A DNA stretch of 63,998 nt, filler included, from Perkinsus olseni (taxonomy: Eukaryota), in assembly GCA_013115125.1 (NCBI GenBank). It is 12 parts of 12 records of this genome, joined end to end, with 100 filler letters (N's around TTAATTAATTAA, not from the genome) between each part and the next. Parts side by side here need not be neighbours in the genome. Positions count along the whole stretch, not along the records: positions 37,603 to 42,824 come from JABANN010001205.1; positions 42,925 to 48,144 come from JABANN010001206.1; positions 48,245 to 53,448 come from JABANN010001207.1; 9 more parts are not named here. One strand, given 5' to 3'. Position 1 is the first letter of the stretch, and each line of letters begins with the position of its first letter. Shown here in pieces: positions 37,633 through 50,780 of the stretch. A model generated the notes under the pieces. That model worked only from the letters and a program-made list of their open reading frames with translations, was not told where the DNA came from and made no database searches. The translations under genes were made by a program, and so were the position numbers.

Positions 37633-37675
<43 letters not shown>

Positions 37676-38199
37676 TGAAAAGAGGTCATGCTACTGATGC
37701 TTACCTTATGGATTCGTCCGATAGAGGATTCTTCTTGCTGAATCTTAACCATGAGGGTGAAGGGAATGAACTATACTAGAAGTGATATTCATGTATTACT
37801 ACGACCATCATCAACATCATCATCCTCGAACACCACTAACCCTCATCAGGCTCAGCTTAGGTGTGCTAAGCGGGCACTCTTAGGTCAATTTCAAATCTCG
37901 CTCGCCCTAAAATAATTGGCTGTGGCGCTCAGCTGTTGCGGTGGTCGTTGGTCGTGGTGACGTGCGCAGTGGGAGGGGGTGGTGTTCCTGACGCTTAGTG
38001 ATTGATCGATATAAGTAGAGGGTAGCATGCTAGGAGTACATAGATGCTGGTCGTAATGGTGGACGGGCCTTCCTATGTTGTTAGGCCTCTTATTAGTATG
38101 ATGATGGTCATACTCATACTCACGGCTTGGGTAGGAGTGCTACTAGGCAGCATACAGGTAGGGGTGGTAGTAGCAAGAGGAGGATTACATGTGGTTTAG

Positions 38200-39659
38200 G
38201 GATGTACTACTACTACTACTAAGGAAGAGTATAAACACCACCAAGAGGAAGGAAGAGGCTTTGATCATGATCATTTATCGATATCTGAGGCTAAGAAGTC
38301 AGCTCTTGAGGAGGCCATATTGGGACAACAACAGGAGCAGCATGGCACTGATGACGATAATACTACCAATACCGCCAACAACATATCGAGCAGTAACCTT
38401 CCTTAGTAAGAAGCAGCATACGAATGGGTTAGGATGGCTATGGACATGATCTCAGTACCATCACTGTACATGATAATGGTAGACCTCTAGTAGGTTCACA
38501 GGATGTTAATCATTCCCGTACTTGTGAGGTAGTAGTATTATTATTAGCATTATCGGATGATCTCGTGTGGCTGCGGTACTCAGCTCAATATTCACGATAA
38601 TTATGGTACTGGATGGTATGCTGGCCCGTGTACATTACTCTATTCATATCATCATCATCATCATGAATATGTCCTTAATCGTATTAGATGTGATGGTGAA
38701 GAGTATGATGGGGATATTACCCCTAACGATCCTACCACAACAACAACAACAACAGAAATATCACGCTTTGGTGGTCTACTGCATGACTGTGAGACACTAG
38801 CCACTGTACTTAACAGGTAATAACTAGTAGTGGGGCTGCTGTTATCACTTGGTGCTGTTAGATACTTAGTCCTGCGTAGATCGGCATCAGCAGACATACG
38901 TCTCATGACACTGATCGCTAGGACAGCAGCAGCAGGAGGAGGAGGAGGGGGGGCGAGTGGAGACCAAGATGGGGGGGATCTTTGTGCTATTGAGATAGTA
39001 GTATCCACCATAATCACCAACAACATCATCATCACTTCTGCTACTGCTGCTGCTGCTGCTGCTGCTTGTTGTTGTATCAGTCACGTTCTGGTCCGACATA
39101 TGCTGTACTGACGAGGAAGATGATGGATGAGGGATGGTATATTGAATATATGATAGTTCATGTAGGACGGACTTTTCACAATAATACTGCTCATGATGCT
39201 AATGCTCATCATCATCAGGACTACATCGTAACTGGGAGTCTTGCCACGCGTTTACCCCATCTAGCCCTTACATCATCATTCACTAATATTCTATCTAAGG
39301 TACTAGACTACCACTACTGATGATGATGCTGGTGGTGTTGTCTTAGAGCGATTCCTTGGGCTGCTCCCAGTTGAGAGTATTATTAGGAGTCACCTCTGAT
39401 GATGATGATGAGGAGGAGGGGGCAGCATACTATGTTGTACCATGGCTTGGTATAACCGATGAACAGTACTACTACTATTTGTGAGGTAGTGTCGTTGTTG
39501 ATGTTGTTGTTGTTGTCAGGATACCAATAGCCCATGCCATAGAGTATTATAATGTTCTGAAGTTACTACCTACTCATCATCATAAAGATGCAGCATACGC
39601 CTTATTAAGGAAAGGGGGGATACCCGAAGCACGAGCAGCAGAGGCAGTGAGGATGGGCT

Positions 39660-39690
<31 letters not shown>

Positions 39691-40251
39691 GAGCTGCTAT
39701 GGCTATTACTATGAAGGATAAGATTAAAGATATCACCGCTTACATCACTGTAAGTGGAGAGTGAATCCCGCTCTATCAGCATCATCATCATTTTCGTTAT
39801 TAGCCATTACTCACCAAACTCATCATCCCTATTACTAAACATGAAGACGGACATGATGGTGGTGGTGGTGGTGGACTGATGCAACAGGACGACAAGAAGA
39901 GTGATGGTGATCACTGCAGGTTTGGTATCCGCGGCACAGGTTTAGAGGTAGTATCTACCTAGTCATCAGCATCATCATCGTCATTAGCCATCTTATACTG
40001 CCGCTCAGTTTACTACTATAACCCATACTGCCGGTACTGGTACTGGTAGTCCTGGTGGTGGTAACTACCTTTCGGGAGTGTACTGTGGTCAAGAGCCTCT
40101 ACATGATGATAACGATGCTAGAAGATTCCTCATGGACTTCTTCAATACGTAAGTAGGCTCATCGTCATCATCAGCATAAGCCGTATTATCGTATTACTCA
40201 ATCACCGACAGTTGTAGCATTATTCTCTTCATTGTTCTTCTTGCTGTCCCT

Positions 40252-40306
<55 letters not shown>

Positions 40307-40450
40307 GATCATTATCCTATCATCATAGACAAGGACCACTTCTAGATGAACTCAGCACCAGCACCAGCAGCAGTCCGCAGTCCTCTGCCTCTCTCCAATG
40401 CAACAGGGCCGGCATATTCCTCGATATGATGATAAGACAACGAGTACCGT
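38200..40450 (+). CDS. Unrecognised multi-exon gene in microsatellite-rich DNA
   Basis: Alternating open segments and GT...AG introns (e.g. ISRFGGLLHDCETLATVLN, YLVLRRSASADIRLMTLIAR). Boundaries approximate. Confidence 0.4.
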
Positions 40451-40936
40451 TATTCTATGGTAATATGATGTAGCAGGTGGTGGTTATGGGGATACTTTCT
40501 TCTTCTTCTTGCTGTCATTACTCAGCTCATCCTGCCATCAGTAGTAATATCACGGGGTGCATGCCTTTGCAGCCTACTAATGATGAGGAGTAGTAGGAGA
40601 ATAAGACAATGCTGCTTGAGTAGGAGGGGGACAAGAAGAAGTTAAGGCAAGCTAGCCTCAGCGTCATGCTACTACTGCTCTTCATGTTGATACTAAGAAT
40701 GAGAGCAACGAGGATGATGTTGAACAAATGGTCATAATTGTTATTGAGTTCGTTAATGATCATGAGTCGCCAGTACTATTGCTGCTCTACTGTCCTCTGA
40801 GAGGAGTGGAAGGAGTGGTACCAGCTGATGTCTTATCAATTGTATAATCCATTATGTCGTCCTGTAGCTATTACCACTTATTATAAATTATCTCTACCCC
40901 TGATCAATGCTGATGCCCTTGAAGAGCTATCGTCCG

Positions 40937-41254
40937 ATGATGACCCTTCTATTTGCCATTTCGGCATGGTTCATGGAATCTATCGCCTACGACAACAACA
41001 ACACTCATCACATTGTTGCTGCTCAAGCAGCGACAACAACAACAACAATAACAGCCAAAGCTGAACTACAACCTGAGCATCATGCTCATGATGATAATAT
41101 CATCATTGATAAAAGAGAAGAAGGGAGGTGAGTTATCGATCTAACCGTTATCACTGCTGCTCATGATCATTGGTAGGTATGTCCAGCATCCTCGCCGCCG
41201 ACCTGGCAAGGTGGCTTCTCATACTACAACTACCCCCACCACTCATACTACTAC

Positions 41255-41292
<38 letters not shown>

Positions 41293-42824
41293 CCGATAAG
41301 AAGAATAACAGCAGCAGTCTTATAGACTTGATGGAGAGACTGATGAGAAAATCTGAGGAAAAGCATAAGAAGAGATTTCTACCTTTCGTCGTTGCTGGCA
41401 TTGCACTCGCCGTGAAGAAGTCCCAAGCTCGTAGTAAGAAGAAGGCGCAAAAAGCAGCAGCAGCATCATCAGCCACTACCAAGTTTGAGAGTAGCGGAGA
41501 CAAGACTATCGATGAGATGATGAAATGGGTGAAGGAAATGATGACTGAGTATTCCAAAGGAGAAGGACAGTAAGTAGTAGCATTAGTATGGCAATATTAT
41601 TTTTCAACAGTATAATGATGATGATGTTGGTGATAATGATGATGATGCTGATGATGATATGATTATTATTATGCCTTCCCTTCAGACGGAAGTCGATTGA
41701 TAATGTCATGGCAAGCGGGAATCGAGGTGCTGTTCGAACTACGGGTGGTCAAGAGTTTGCTATTGCTAAGAGAGCTCAAGCCAGGCTGAAGGACAGATTC
41801 CCTCGCTATATCAAAGCTGTCCTCGATTAGTAATCACAACAACAAAAACGGTCAGCATCTAGCAGCCACTTGCTGCTGCTTTTTCAGTGTCAACCAAACT
41901 GAATCATTCTACGAGAATGCCCGGTCAGTTATTAGCGAGGTCCGCTCCCAAGTCCTCCCTAGAGGGTAAGATCATCGTATTTATCATCACCGCCCCAGCA
42001 GCAGCAGCATGAAGAGGAGTATATAGTGTGTTGTTATTATTATTCTGGCTCGTTATCTCAGGCCCAGAGGATTAATGAAGCTTCGTCGTAAACTAGGTGA
42101 GCGGATAGTAGAGGAAAAGGGTAAAGTGAAGAAGGCTTTTGTGCATATTTTCGATGAATTGAAGGATATAGAACGTAAGACTGGCAAAGAAGTATCGAAG
42201 ACTACTAAAGTGTTGAATCAAATGATTGCTAAAGCTATGGGTGAATCTTTGAGAGATGTATCACGCCAGGCTTCCCAATTAACGAGGCTTTGTTTTTCTG
42301 CGGAAAAAGAGATTGGCAGAAAGTTTAAGACGTTGAGGAGAAGTGTGGGGAGTGAACAAAAGAAGTTGGTACGGAGTGTGGACAGGATGGAGAGAGATTT
42401 CAAAGCAGATGAGAGAGATTTTCAACGTTATGGCGAGAGGTTCTCAGAAGAGACAGCGAAAGGAGAACAAAAAATAGAGAAAGTCACACGCGGTATGAAT
42501 GATAGAGCAGAAAGGACTGAAACCGAGTTGGCTCTATATGGCAATGACTATACCGCTAAAGGGGAGATGAGAATCAATCAAACTCTCCCACGAGCTATAA
42601 AATCAACGGATAGGATGATCGATTCGGCAATGAAGACTTTTGATAACGGAGTTAAACAGGAGGCACGAGCAAATGTGAGAGATGTTAAACAATTAGAGAG
42701 AGAGATTGACAAGGAGATTAAAGATACTCAAAGGAATGCATCGATGGCTAAGAATGAAGCCACAAGGATGTTTGATGGGGCATTGAGAGGGTTCGATAGG
42801 AACGTTAAAGAGTTATCACGAGGA
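40937..42824 (+). CDS. Large coiled-coil protein with a signal-like N-terminus, 3'-truncated
   Basis: MMTLLFAISAWFMESIA start, several short introns, and a long K/E/R-rich helical exon from ~42062 that is open to the contig end. Confidence 0.65.
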
Positions 42825-42924
42825 NNNNNNNNNNNNNNNNNNNNNNNNNNNNNNNNNNNNNNNNNNNNTTAATTAATTAANNNNNNNNNNNNNNNNNNNN
42901 NNNNNNNNNNNNNNNNNNNNNNNN

Positions 42925-45676
42925 CTGCATACTGATATCATTGACTGGCGACACGTTGGCGTTGCGCTAGTACGGGACACTCGCACGAGTCACAACAATA
43001 ACGGATACCTTCGGCAGAAACGGAGAGAAACAATAGTGGCACCATCATTGATTGTCCATGAACTCCCTCAAGAGCATGGTCGCGAATGAGCCGGCTGGCA
43101 GATGGAACTACCAACAAGCGGGATGGCTCCCGCCTTCAAAATCCAGTTCAAGACAAGCCAGCCCACTTCTGAAAGAATGTTGCAGCTTGTGTCGGTTCCA
43201 TTGCTTTCCTCAACTGCGCGCAAAGAAGTAGGTCGCACAACGAGCGGTCGAAAGTGAATGTCTATCCTGGCTTTGAAACCCAGCGTCCGAGAAAGATCGC
43301 AGCTTTCGGGGTTCTTGAGGACCGATTCGGTTATCTCTCCTTTCTGTAAAGAATTCTCGAGCATGCAACGATACCTGTTGTTCTAGTTATGAGCGTGAGG
43401 TTGTCATCGCAGCGACCATACATTTCATACGGTGCGAGACCGAGGTTCGCTAAGGTTGATGAGTCGCCCTCTATCAAGTGCCCCAAGTAGGTAGAATGAC
43501 GTCCCGTAACGTGTAGCTGAGACGTCAGCCAGAGATGCCAGTCAGCTGCATAGCGACCAGCCGGCGAACCAGGACATCACGTGCAGAAGCTTCTACTCGG
43601 AGTCCCGGTAAATCAAACCCCTTCCACACACCCAGCTTTGCTGTCATTCGTCCCAACCTGCTGCGGCTCATTCGAGCCGTCGCGCAAGACAAGATCGCCC
43701 GGCATAACGCTGAGACCACCTCGGCAGATACGGCTGAGGAATCAACATGACGGACCCTCTATTTCACCTGTCTCACTCCGAAGCTAGCTGGTTCCATAAG
43801 TATGATTGGTACGCACTCAAGTAGAGCAGCAGAACATTCCGTGGGATACCGCCTCTCAGTGCCACTCGGTAGCGGTCCGACCCACGATTCTTAGCAAATT
43901 GCAATAAAATATTCGCCCAACTGAGACAAGGAAGGAAAATTACAACAAAATTTCACGGGTGTGTAGCTCAGTGGTAGAGCGGCTGACTGCAGATCAGGAG
44001 GTCCTCGGTTCAAATTCGGGCGCGCCCTTGTACTCTTCGCATCGATTGATTACATTCTTGCGTTGGTGGACTTCTTCAAGACTATCAAGGGCTCTGTCGT
44101 ATCCTGACTCCACTGTCGCACAACCTGAGTATTTTAAGACCGGTACCATGGAGAGTAGAAAGGAACCCATGGCCGCCGACGGCCCCTCCACCGCAGGGCT
44201 TGCTTTGGGAACATACGGTATATTCAACGAGCTGGGCATGTCACATATCGGGCTTGGTCGCTTCTCTGCCGGCTTACCCCGGCTGCGGCTGTGCGATCAC
44301 TGCTCACTGGAGACATGATCAGCCGTAAGGCTTTTTTATACTGGCCTGATATGATAGCGCCGCCAATGTCGATCTGACATTCGTCGATTCTGCGAACGAT
44401 GTAGCCCCACGGCTAGTGGCACCCGAAGCAGCCTTGAAAGTGACTTACGTTACAATGCCTTGTCACCTCATGGTTCGGATTGATGCCGAAGCGCTGTAGT
44501 CCATAGTAGATGATGGAATCACTGCTCTCGAAGGAGGACAGCGCTTCCACGACACCGCGTTTCGCACCTCTTATCCGTACTCGAAAACAATTACTGAAGC
44601 GAACTCACAATCACAAGCAGAAGCACACTCACATCGTGCACTCCTACCCGAGAGAGAGGCCCTCGCGTAGTTTCGATGGACCCGTGTTGACGACAAAATT
44701 ATCGACCTCACACTTTTCCCTCGGCCCGGCGCTGATGTCATCAGCGCCTCGCGTATTTGTTGCTCGTCGTGGGTTGCCGGTAGTGTCATATACCTGGCAA
44801 AGATCCACCATACGTATTGGAGCCTCGGACAATGAGGAGATGGCGCTCACGCGCCTTTTCTGGTAGGTCGCTCCGAAACGATCTTTTGTCCCTCGATAAT
44901 GAAGACTGTTATTTGGTAGCTGCAGTTTTTGCTCTATGGCACGCTGAAGGGCGCTGGTGTCCCAACCAGTCTTTTTCAGCACAAATTTCCAACGATGGGA
45001 GTTGAAGAGCCCAACGGGGGAGTGTTTCCTTTTCCAGCTCAGCAGCACCTGCACCGGTCGCTGGGTGATTTGATGTTCATTCACCAACTGAGAGAAGAAC
45101 AAGCCACCCACAGTAGTCTCCTTCATCGTGGACACTTCGAGGTTCTCGAAATGCGTGATCAATTTTTGACGGAATACCTCAGCATTGCTTCCACGGTTGA
45201 GTCGAATCGTCGTACCACCGTCACTGAATCTAAATTGAAGTCATAGCAAAAAGCGCAACCGACAGCTGCTACCCTCTAAGGACAAACCGCATGAGTTCTA
45301 TCGCCTTCTCCCGCGGCATAGTGTCGAGGAGACACTTGTTTCTACTGGCCTCTGCAGCTGCGTAAAACAGCACTTCATGAGATAAGATCTTCATCGGTAT
45401 CACAGCGAGGGTCTGCGGTCGGAACGAGGGTTCTGTCGCGTAGCCGTGAGCGGCGGCGCGTCACCTTCCGGATCGTCCAGGCTAGCGCTCCTCGGATCTT
45501 GTGCACTGTCTCTAGGTCATCATCACCATCAACCCGCGGGAAACGGCATAGCAGCCCCCGAGCATTGCGGGTCGACTTCTTTAACTAGAATTAGGAGACT
45601 GCACAAAAAACAGACCGGGCCCTGAAGTCCATTACGGCTGCGCGGTCGAGGAACTTTTGTACTTCTGAAACGGCAT
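42925..45676 (-). CDS. PUS7: TruD/Pus7-family pseudouridine synthase, multi-exon
   Basis: FVLKK..WDT, YRGTKDRFGATYQ (catalytic Asp motif), IYYGLQRFG (~44485-44513), IPRNVLLLYLSAYQSYLWNQLAS (~43780-43848), FRPLVVRP. Ends approximate; could be a PUS7-like paralogue. Confidence 0.85.
43957..44028 (+). tRNA. trnC-GCA: tRNA-Cys (GCA)
   Basis: GGGTGTG/CGCGCCC acceptor stem, TAGCTCAGTGGTAGAGC D-arm, CTGA-CTGCAGA-TCAG anticodon arm, GGTTCAAAT T-loop, and the U73 discriminator typical of tRNA-Cys. Confidence 0.93.
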
Positions 45677-45716
45677 GTGCACCACAATGGCGCTCCAAGA
45701 AGGGTGCCGCACTCAT

Positions 45717-47300
45717 ATCACCAAGCTCGTATCTGCATGACACCAGCGGAGAGGTGATGCACGGCGTTGGCTTTTGGAGGGGTTCTGAACTCTTGAACCC
45801 GAGTCCCTTAGCGTCCGAGGCCCCAGTCTTAGATCTTGAAACAGTCGAGTTTTCCTACCCTTCATCGAATGCCATGAGTAGACCGTGCGTCCTATCAACT
45901 GCCTTGAATCATTCAAAATTCAAGTTGAATGTCGCTCGTGAATCAATTGCAGGACCCGAGCTGACGCGAAGGTGTACAGCCATCGGTGGGATCGCGCTTC
46001 AGTTCCTTCTACCCACCCCGAATGGTCGGCGCACCGTCTCTCTACCGCCGTCCAAGACTCAGTAACCGGTTCAACGCGTAAGCGTGCCACTTTACCATCC
46101 ATCCCTACTTCTCTCACCTCCCAGTCAGTCATCTACACAAAGCCCTTCACATGCTGCTTGAGGCTACGACAAGCATTTAGTCGCCTGGCCTCTGAGAAAT
46201 CCTCCGCTTTCTTTCGGACTGATGTATTCCTGTATGCCAACTCGGTCGCTGAACCTTCGGAATTCCTCACAATTCGTCTCCTCTGCAGTGAGCAGCCGAT
46301 GTATGCCCAAGGCCCGTACGAATTCTCCTCCGACCCCATCCTGAAATGCCCATCACCGAGTTTATGCGCAACCACATTGCCTCACTGCCAATCCCAACGA
46401 AGGGCGTTCCCACCTGTTCTCCTATCGATCTCGGGGCCTTTCCCGCTCGGGATAGCGTGCCGAGCGATCGTTTTCCCCGAGAGGATAGAGAAGAGGTGAG
46501 CCCCGTCCACATTTCTTCCGCTGATGGCTTGAGCCCCACAACAAGCATCCTTCTGCAAATGAGTTTCGTGAGGACTACTTGTGAGTTTTGCGTGTAACTT
46601 GACAACCAGTCCTACGATAAGGTCGGCCACATAGCGTCGCCGATCCCTTCTCAACTAAAACGCAACAACTGAGATCGGCGACCTGACTAGATTGATCTGA
46701 TAATGATATCTCAATCGGATGATCATGGAAGAGATAATCTGAAGCATCGACAAGTGCTGAGGGCCATAGCTTGGCCCGAGCAAAATACGCATGCTTATGG
46801 CAGCATTCGGTCTTGACCATCAAATCTCATAGACACGATTCGTGCGGCACGAACAAGAGAACAGTGGAGGCGCCTCACAGGCAGAATAGAGGCGGAGCGG
46901 AAGTCATCAGCCCCTCCATGCATGGTTCTATGGAAAGATAAACGCAATATAGCAACACTCCTACTCGCAACTGAACATAATAGCTAACATGAAGCAATTT
47001 CATTCAGTCGTTCAAACATCCTACAAAACGTGCCAGGGACCCTTGCCGACGTCTACTGGTGGTTCGCTCTTGGCCGCTGGAAGAAGAATAAAGGTGAAGG
47101 AAGGATGGATTCAATCGAGTGGATGGTATCAGGTAGTCGAGAAAGAGACTGAGAGGGCGAATCCACGAAAGGCCTCATTCACGGCAGCGCACAAGGAGCA
47201 CTTGGAAGTGCTCCAATAGCGAAGTAACTATTGAAAGAAGTTCTCAGCCGCGATTTTCTGGATTTCCCTTCTGGTATAGAAGAAGAATAAAGGAATGGCA
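45717..47300 (-). CDS. Unrecognised multi-exon gene; related fragment at ~58900-59760 (+)
   Basis: Exon HAYFARAKLWP (~46762-46796, minus) recurs as HAYFARAELWP (~59293-59325, plus). Boundaries approximate. Confidence 0.4.
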
Positions 47301-47340
47301 GGAATGGTCGTTCGGATTGAGTCTTGCTCAATTGAGTATG

Positions 47341-48144
47341 TTACTTACTGCGTTGAGGGAAATATGCCGACTCCACAATTGAGGAACAAGACAGGCCGAC
47401 AACTGGGAAAGTGAGCGTTAGGCCCGCACATTGTCCGCATTGGGACCACCGGGCCTCGCGGCCACCATACGGCCAGGCGACTCCAAACCACCATGAGGGC
47501 AATGTTGGAGTTTGTAAGGTTCTTGGTAGGGCGAACCAAACCACAATAAGTAGATAGGCGATGCGGCCACGTGAGACATAGCTGGGTCCTCTTCATTGAT
47601 CATAATGGTATCGCATGCGACACAGGTTATTTACAATACTACACTTGGTTTTTTTTCTTTATTTTTTCCTTTTTTTATTTTTTTATTCTTTTTATTGCTG
47701 TTTTCGACCATATTGCACAGGCACATTGCAGCCAAGCCTGATGCTTCTCTCCCATAGTGCTCGATTTTTTGCAGTACTGGGTCTTCCACCAATATCTTTC
47801 ATATCCTGTTTAAGCAGATCTAGCCAAGTTTGACGGGGTCTACCAGCTCGTCGAGTACTGTTGGTATGTACTCTCGGGTTCCAGTTGAGTAAGTTGTTGA
47901 CATTGTTCTCACTTGGTGCCCTCAGTAGATGTCCATACCATCGCAGCCTTCTCGCGCGCAGCTCATTAGAGCAGCCTAGCGTTCGAGCTTTGCAGCAGAG
48001 CTCGCGAGATGTCATTCTTGTCATAGGGGAAATTCGTAAGACTCTTCTCAGACATATGTGATAAAATGTTTTATACATTTGCTCTTCATCTTTGTTGATC
48101 GCCATCGTCTCCGATCCATAGAATAGTGAGGCGAAGACTATTGA
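47341..48144 (-). mobile_element. 3' end of an RTE/RTEX-like LINE (ORF2 C-terminus, 3' UTR, short GTAA tail)
   Basis: CLRRVLRI, RRLRWYGHLLR, RRAGRPRQTWLD, AKNRALW. Ends GTAAGTAA on minus. 48073-48144 is the reverse complement of 63927-63998. Confidence 0.88.
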
Positions 48145-49959
48145 NNNNNNNNNNNNNNNNNNNNNNNNNNNNNNNNNNNNNNNNNNNNTTAATTAATTAA
48201 NNNNNNNNNNNNNNNNNNNNNNNNNNNNNNNNNNNNNNNNNNNNAAGGCCGGTATTCTTATTGACACTACTCTTACTCAGTGTTGAATTACACTGATGCG
48301 GTGAATCGCCACTTTACAGGTTAGAAACTGAAGTGGCGATTGCTGAAGATTTTTCCGTTTTTTGTTCTTCTTCGTTTGTCTAATGTTACCTCTGGAAGCT
48401 GGATAGTTTTGTTGCGTGCTCTTCATCACTCTCCCATCACTCTCCTCCGGAAAAAAAGGAATCGAGGTGAATGGGCCTGAAAATGTTGCTGGCAGATCTT
48501 CTACGGTCTGGGAAGGATCAAATCGTTCGTCGAATCTTCGAAAACGGCGAGGGTTGACACTGGGCAGGGTTCATCGAACTGGGAGAAACTGTGAGCCCGA
48601 CTGCGATTCAAATCAAGGCGGGTATTCTCATCACACTGATGAAGAGGTCCGTCACGTTATGTCTAAAACAGGCACGGCTCTCTTCTTCTAGCTGGATCCA
48701 CCCTGTTCAATCATACGCTTCTTGATGTTCACCGCCCGTCTAATAAAACTCCAGAGGAAGTCGAATTTCGTTGAGTAGTTATCGCCGCCACCCCTCACGA
48801 CAGATGTACTGGACGGTTTGCTCAATAGTGAGGGATATTTTTTCGAAAGGTGCTTCAATAGAGTACATAGGTGGAGAGCATCGTAGCAGATGGTTCCCTC
48901 ACTCCAGTTTTGCTTCGATGAGTCGCAAAGGTTTCCGCGAGAGACAGGCACTACAAACCGCAGCTGTGCGATCTGTGGCCAGGGAAAAAGCTCTAGCCGA
49001 ACGCAACCGGACGTAAAGCTTCCGACACTGTGTTGACCGCCTTGAAATCTCGAAGCACCAGAGTGAAAAATTCAGAATGGTATGCACGCCGAATGACAAG
49101 CATCATAGACCTGTTAGTAACTACGGAATGGGCATCTTCCATAATCTTCCTCTGGCGTCAATGCCCGGAGCCATTCACCGTGGGTGCTAGTCTAGACACA
49201 GGTATCGCGCAATTGACGACTTCGAGTGCTTCAAGTCTCGCGTCAGGATTCCCTCTCGGAGAGACTGGGAGAACTCTGAGCCGGGTGATTCTTCGCCACC
49301 CTCTCATGTAGCCTACATCGAATTTCTTCAGTCGCCGTTGACGCATTGACGAGAAAACATCTCAAACGCCCTCCAAGTCCCCTACAACTGTAACCACCGC
49401 CGTCTCGCTCCGGTGACTAGCAGGATGGCTCAGGTATGACTACGGTGACTTGAACAGCGCAAAGGCAACCCGCAGCTCAGGAGAGAGGATAGCGCCCAAG
49501 GACGCTAGGGTAGATTGACGACGGGACGGATGTCAATTTGTCCTAGCGCATCACGAAGGTACGGAAAGAGCGACCACGGGCAGCACAGTACATCCCGGAG
49601 GCCGGGTGAGTCTCGTGAAGCGATATCAGTGGCGCGGGGATTGACTTGTTGTAGTGGCGATAATTTTCAGTTCTCTCTGGCTGCTTATAAGCTGAGAAGT
49701 TCCTATTACAGTTACGGGTTCAGCTTGCTCGAGCCGATTCTGATGGCGAGGTTACGGCCTCGCGCTGAATTGCATGGTGGATCGACATCATCGGCCGTGC
49801 AAGAGGAACGCTGTCGCTCCCCAGTATTACGGCAGGTGACAAACAACCGCTCCTCAAGAATTGCGGTTGGTTCGCGAAAGGCTGGAATAACCTATAATGC
49901 GAATCCACGAGGGGCTGCATGTTGATAGGTGCCACCAACAAGGAGTCGCGGCGCTCGGC

Positions 49960-50780
49960 TATCTGTGAAGTTGGCAGCTGCGGCGAGGTTTACTCTGGAC
50001 GACGCGATAGAAAAGATTGAAAAGCAGAAAACGTCAGGCGATCGGTGTTGAGGCCGTAGACGAAGTTTCAGGGTCCGCGAGAAGATCCAGTACCTGAGAG
50101 AAATCCTCCGTCAGAAGCAGTGCATCGGTCATAGCAGAAGAGCAAGGGCAAGCCGACAACAACGGTGAGGGCTGCTTACTATCTCAAGAAGGCTCGGAAT
50201 TGCTCATTAATGTAGTATCGATGAAGCCTGCAGCAGAGGGGAGTATTTCCCTGTCGTGAGGAAGACGACAGAAGTGAGCAGGAAGGGGCGATCATTAGGT
50301 TAGGTCGGCGAGCGTGAGTCGGCAACTAACTCCTCCCGAGCTCCCATCAAGGTTCTCTCCAACGAAAAATCTTCTACTCGCTACATCCCGAGAGTGCCGC
50401 CTTCTGTTCACTTTAGCATGCCATGATTGAGCCCCTTTCGTTCTTAGTGAATCTGATGGTAACCTCGCCCAAGAAGTTTAGAATTTCGCGTCCGCTCCGT
50501 TTAGTCCAGAAGTTCCCTCTCCCACCATCTCTTGCAGTCCGCCTCGCAGTGGACCGGCCCATCGTCGCATCCTTTGTGCGCCAAGCGTATCGCAAGAGCC
50601 TTTCTCAGACGCAGCAGGAGCGGCTGGCGGATCTCATCGAGGGTGTGCTCGAGGATGTGTTGGCCAGGGATGCTCAGTTCTGCGAGGAAGTAGAATCGTT
50701 CAGCATCATCAGCGGACGCCGTGCTAGAGTGAGCTGAGCACTTTATGAGCGGCTCTCACCGCAGTTCCAGGCTAATCAAA
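49960..50780 (+). CDS. Unrecognised spliced coding region
   Basis: Coding-like exons (ARFTLDDAIEKIEKQK; QERLADLIEGVLEDVLARD) between GT-AG-type introns. Confidence 0.35.
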
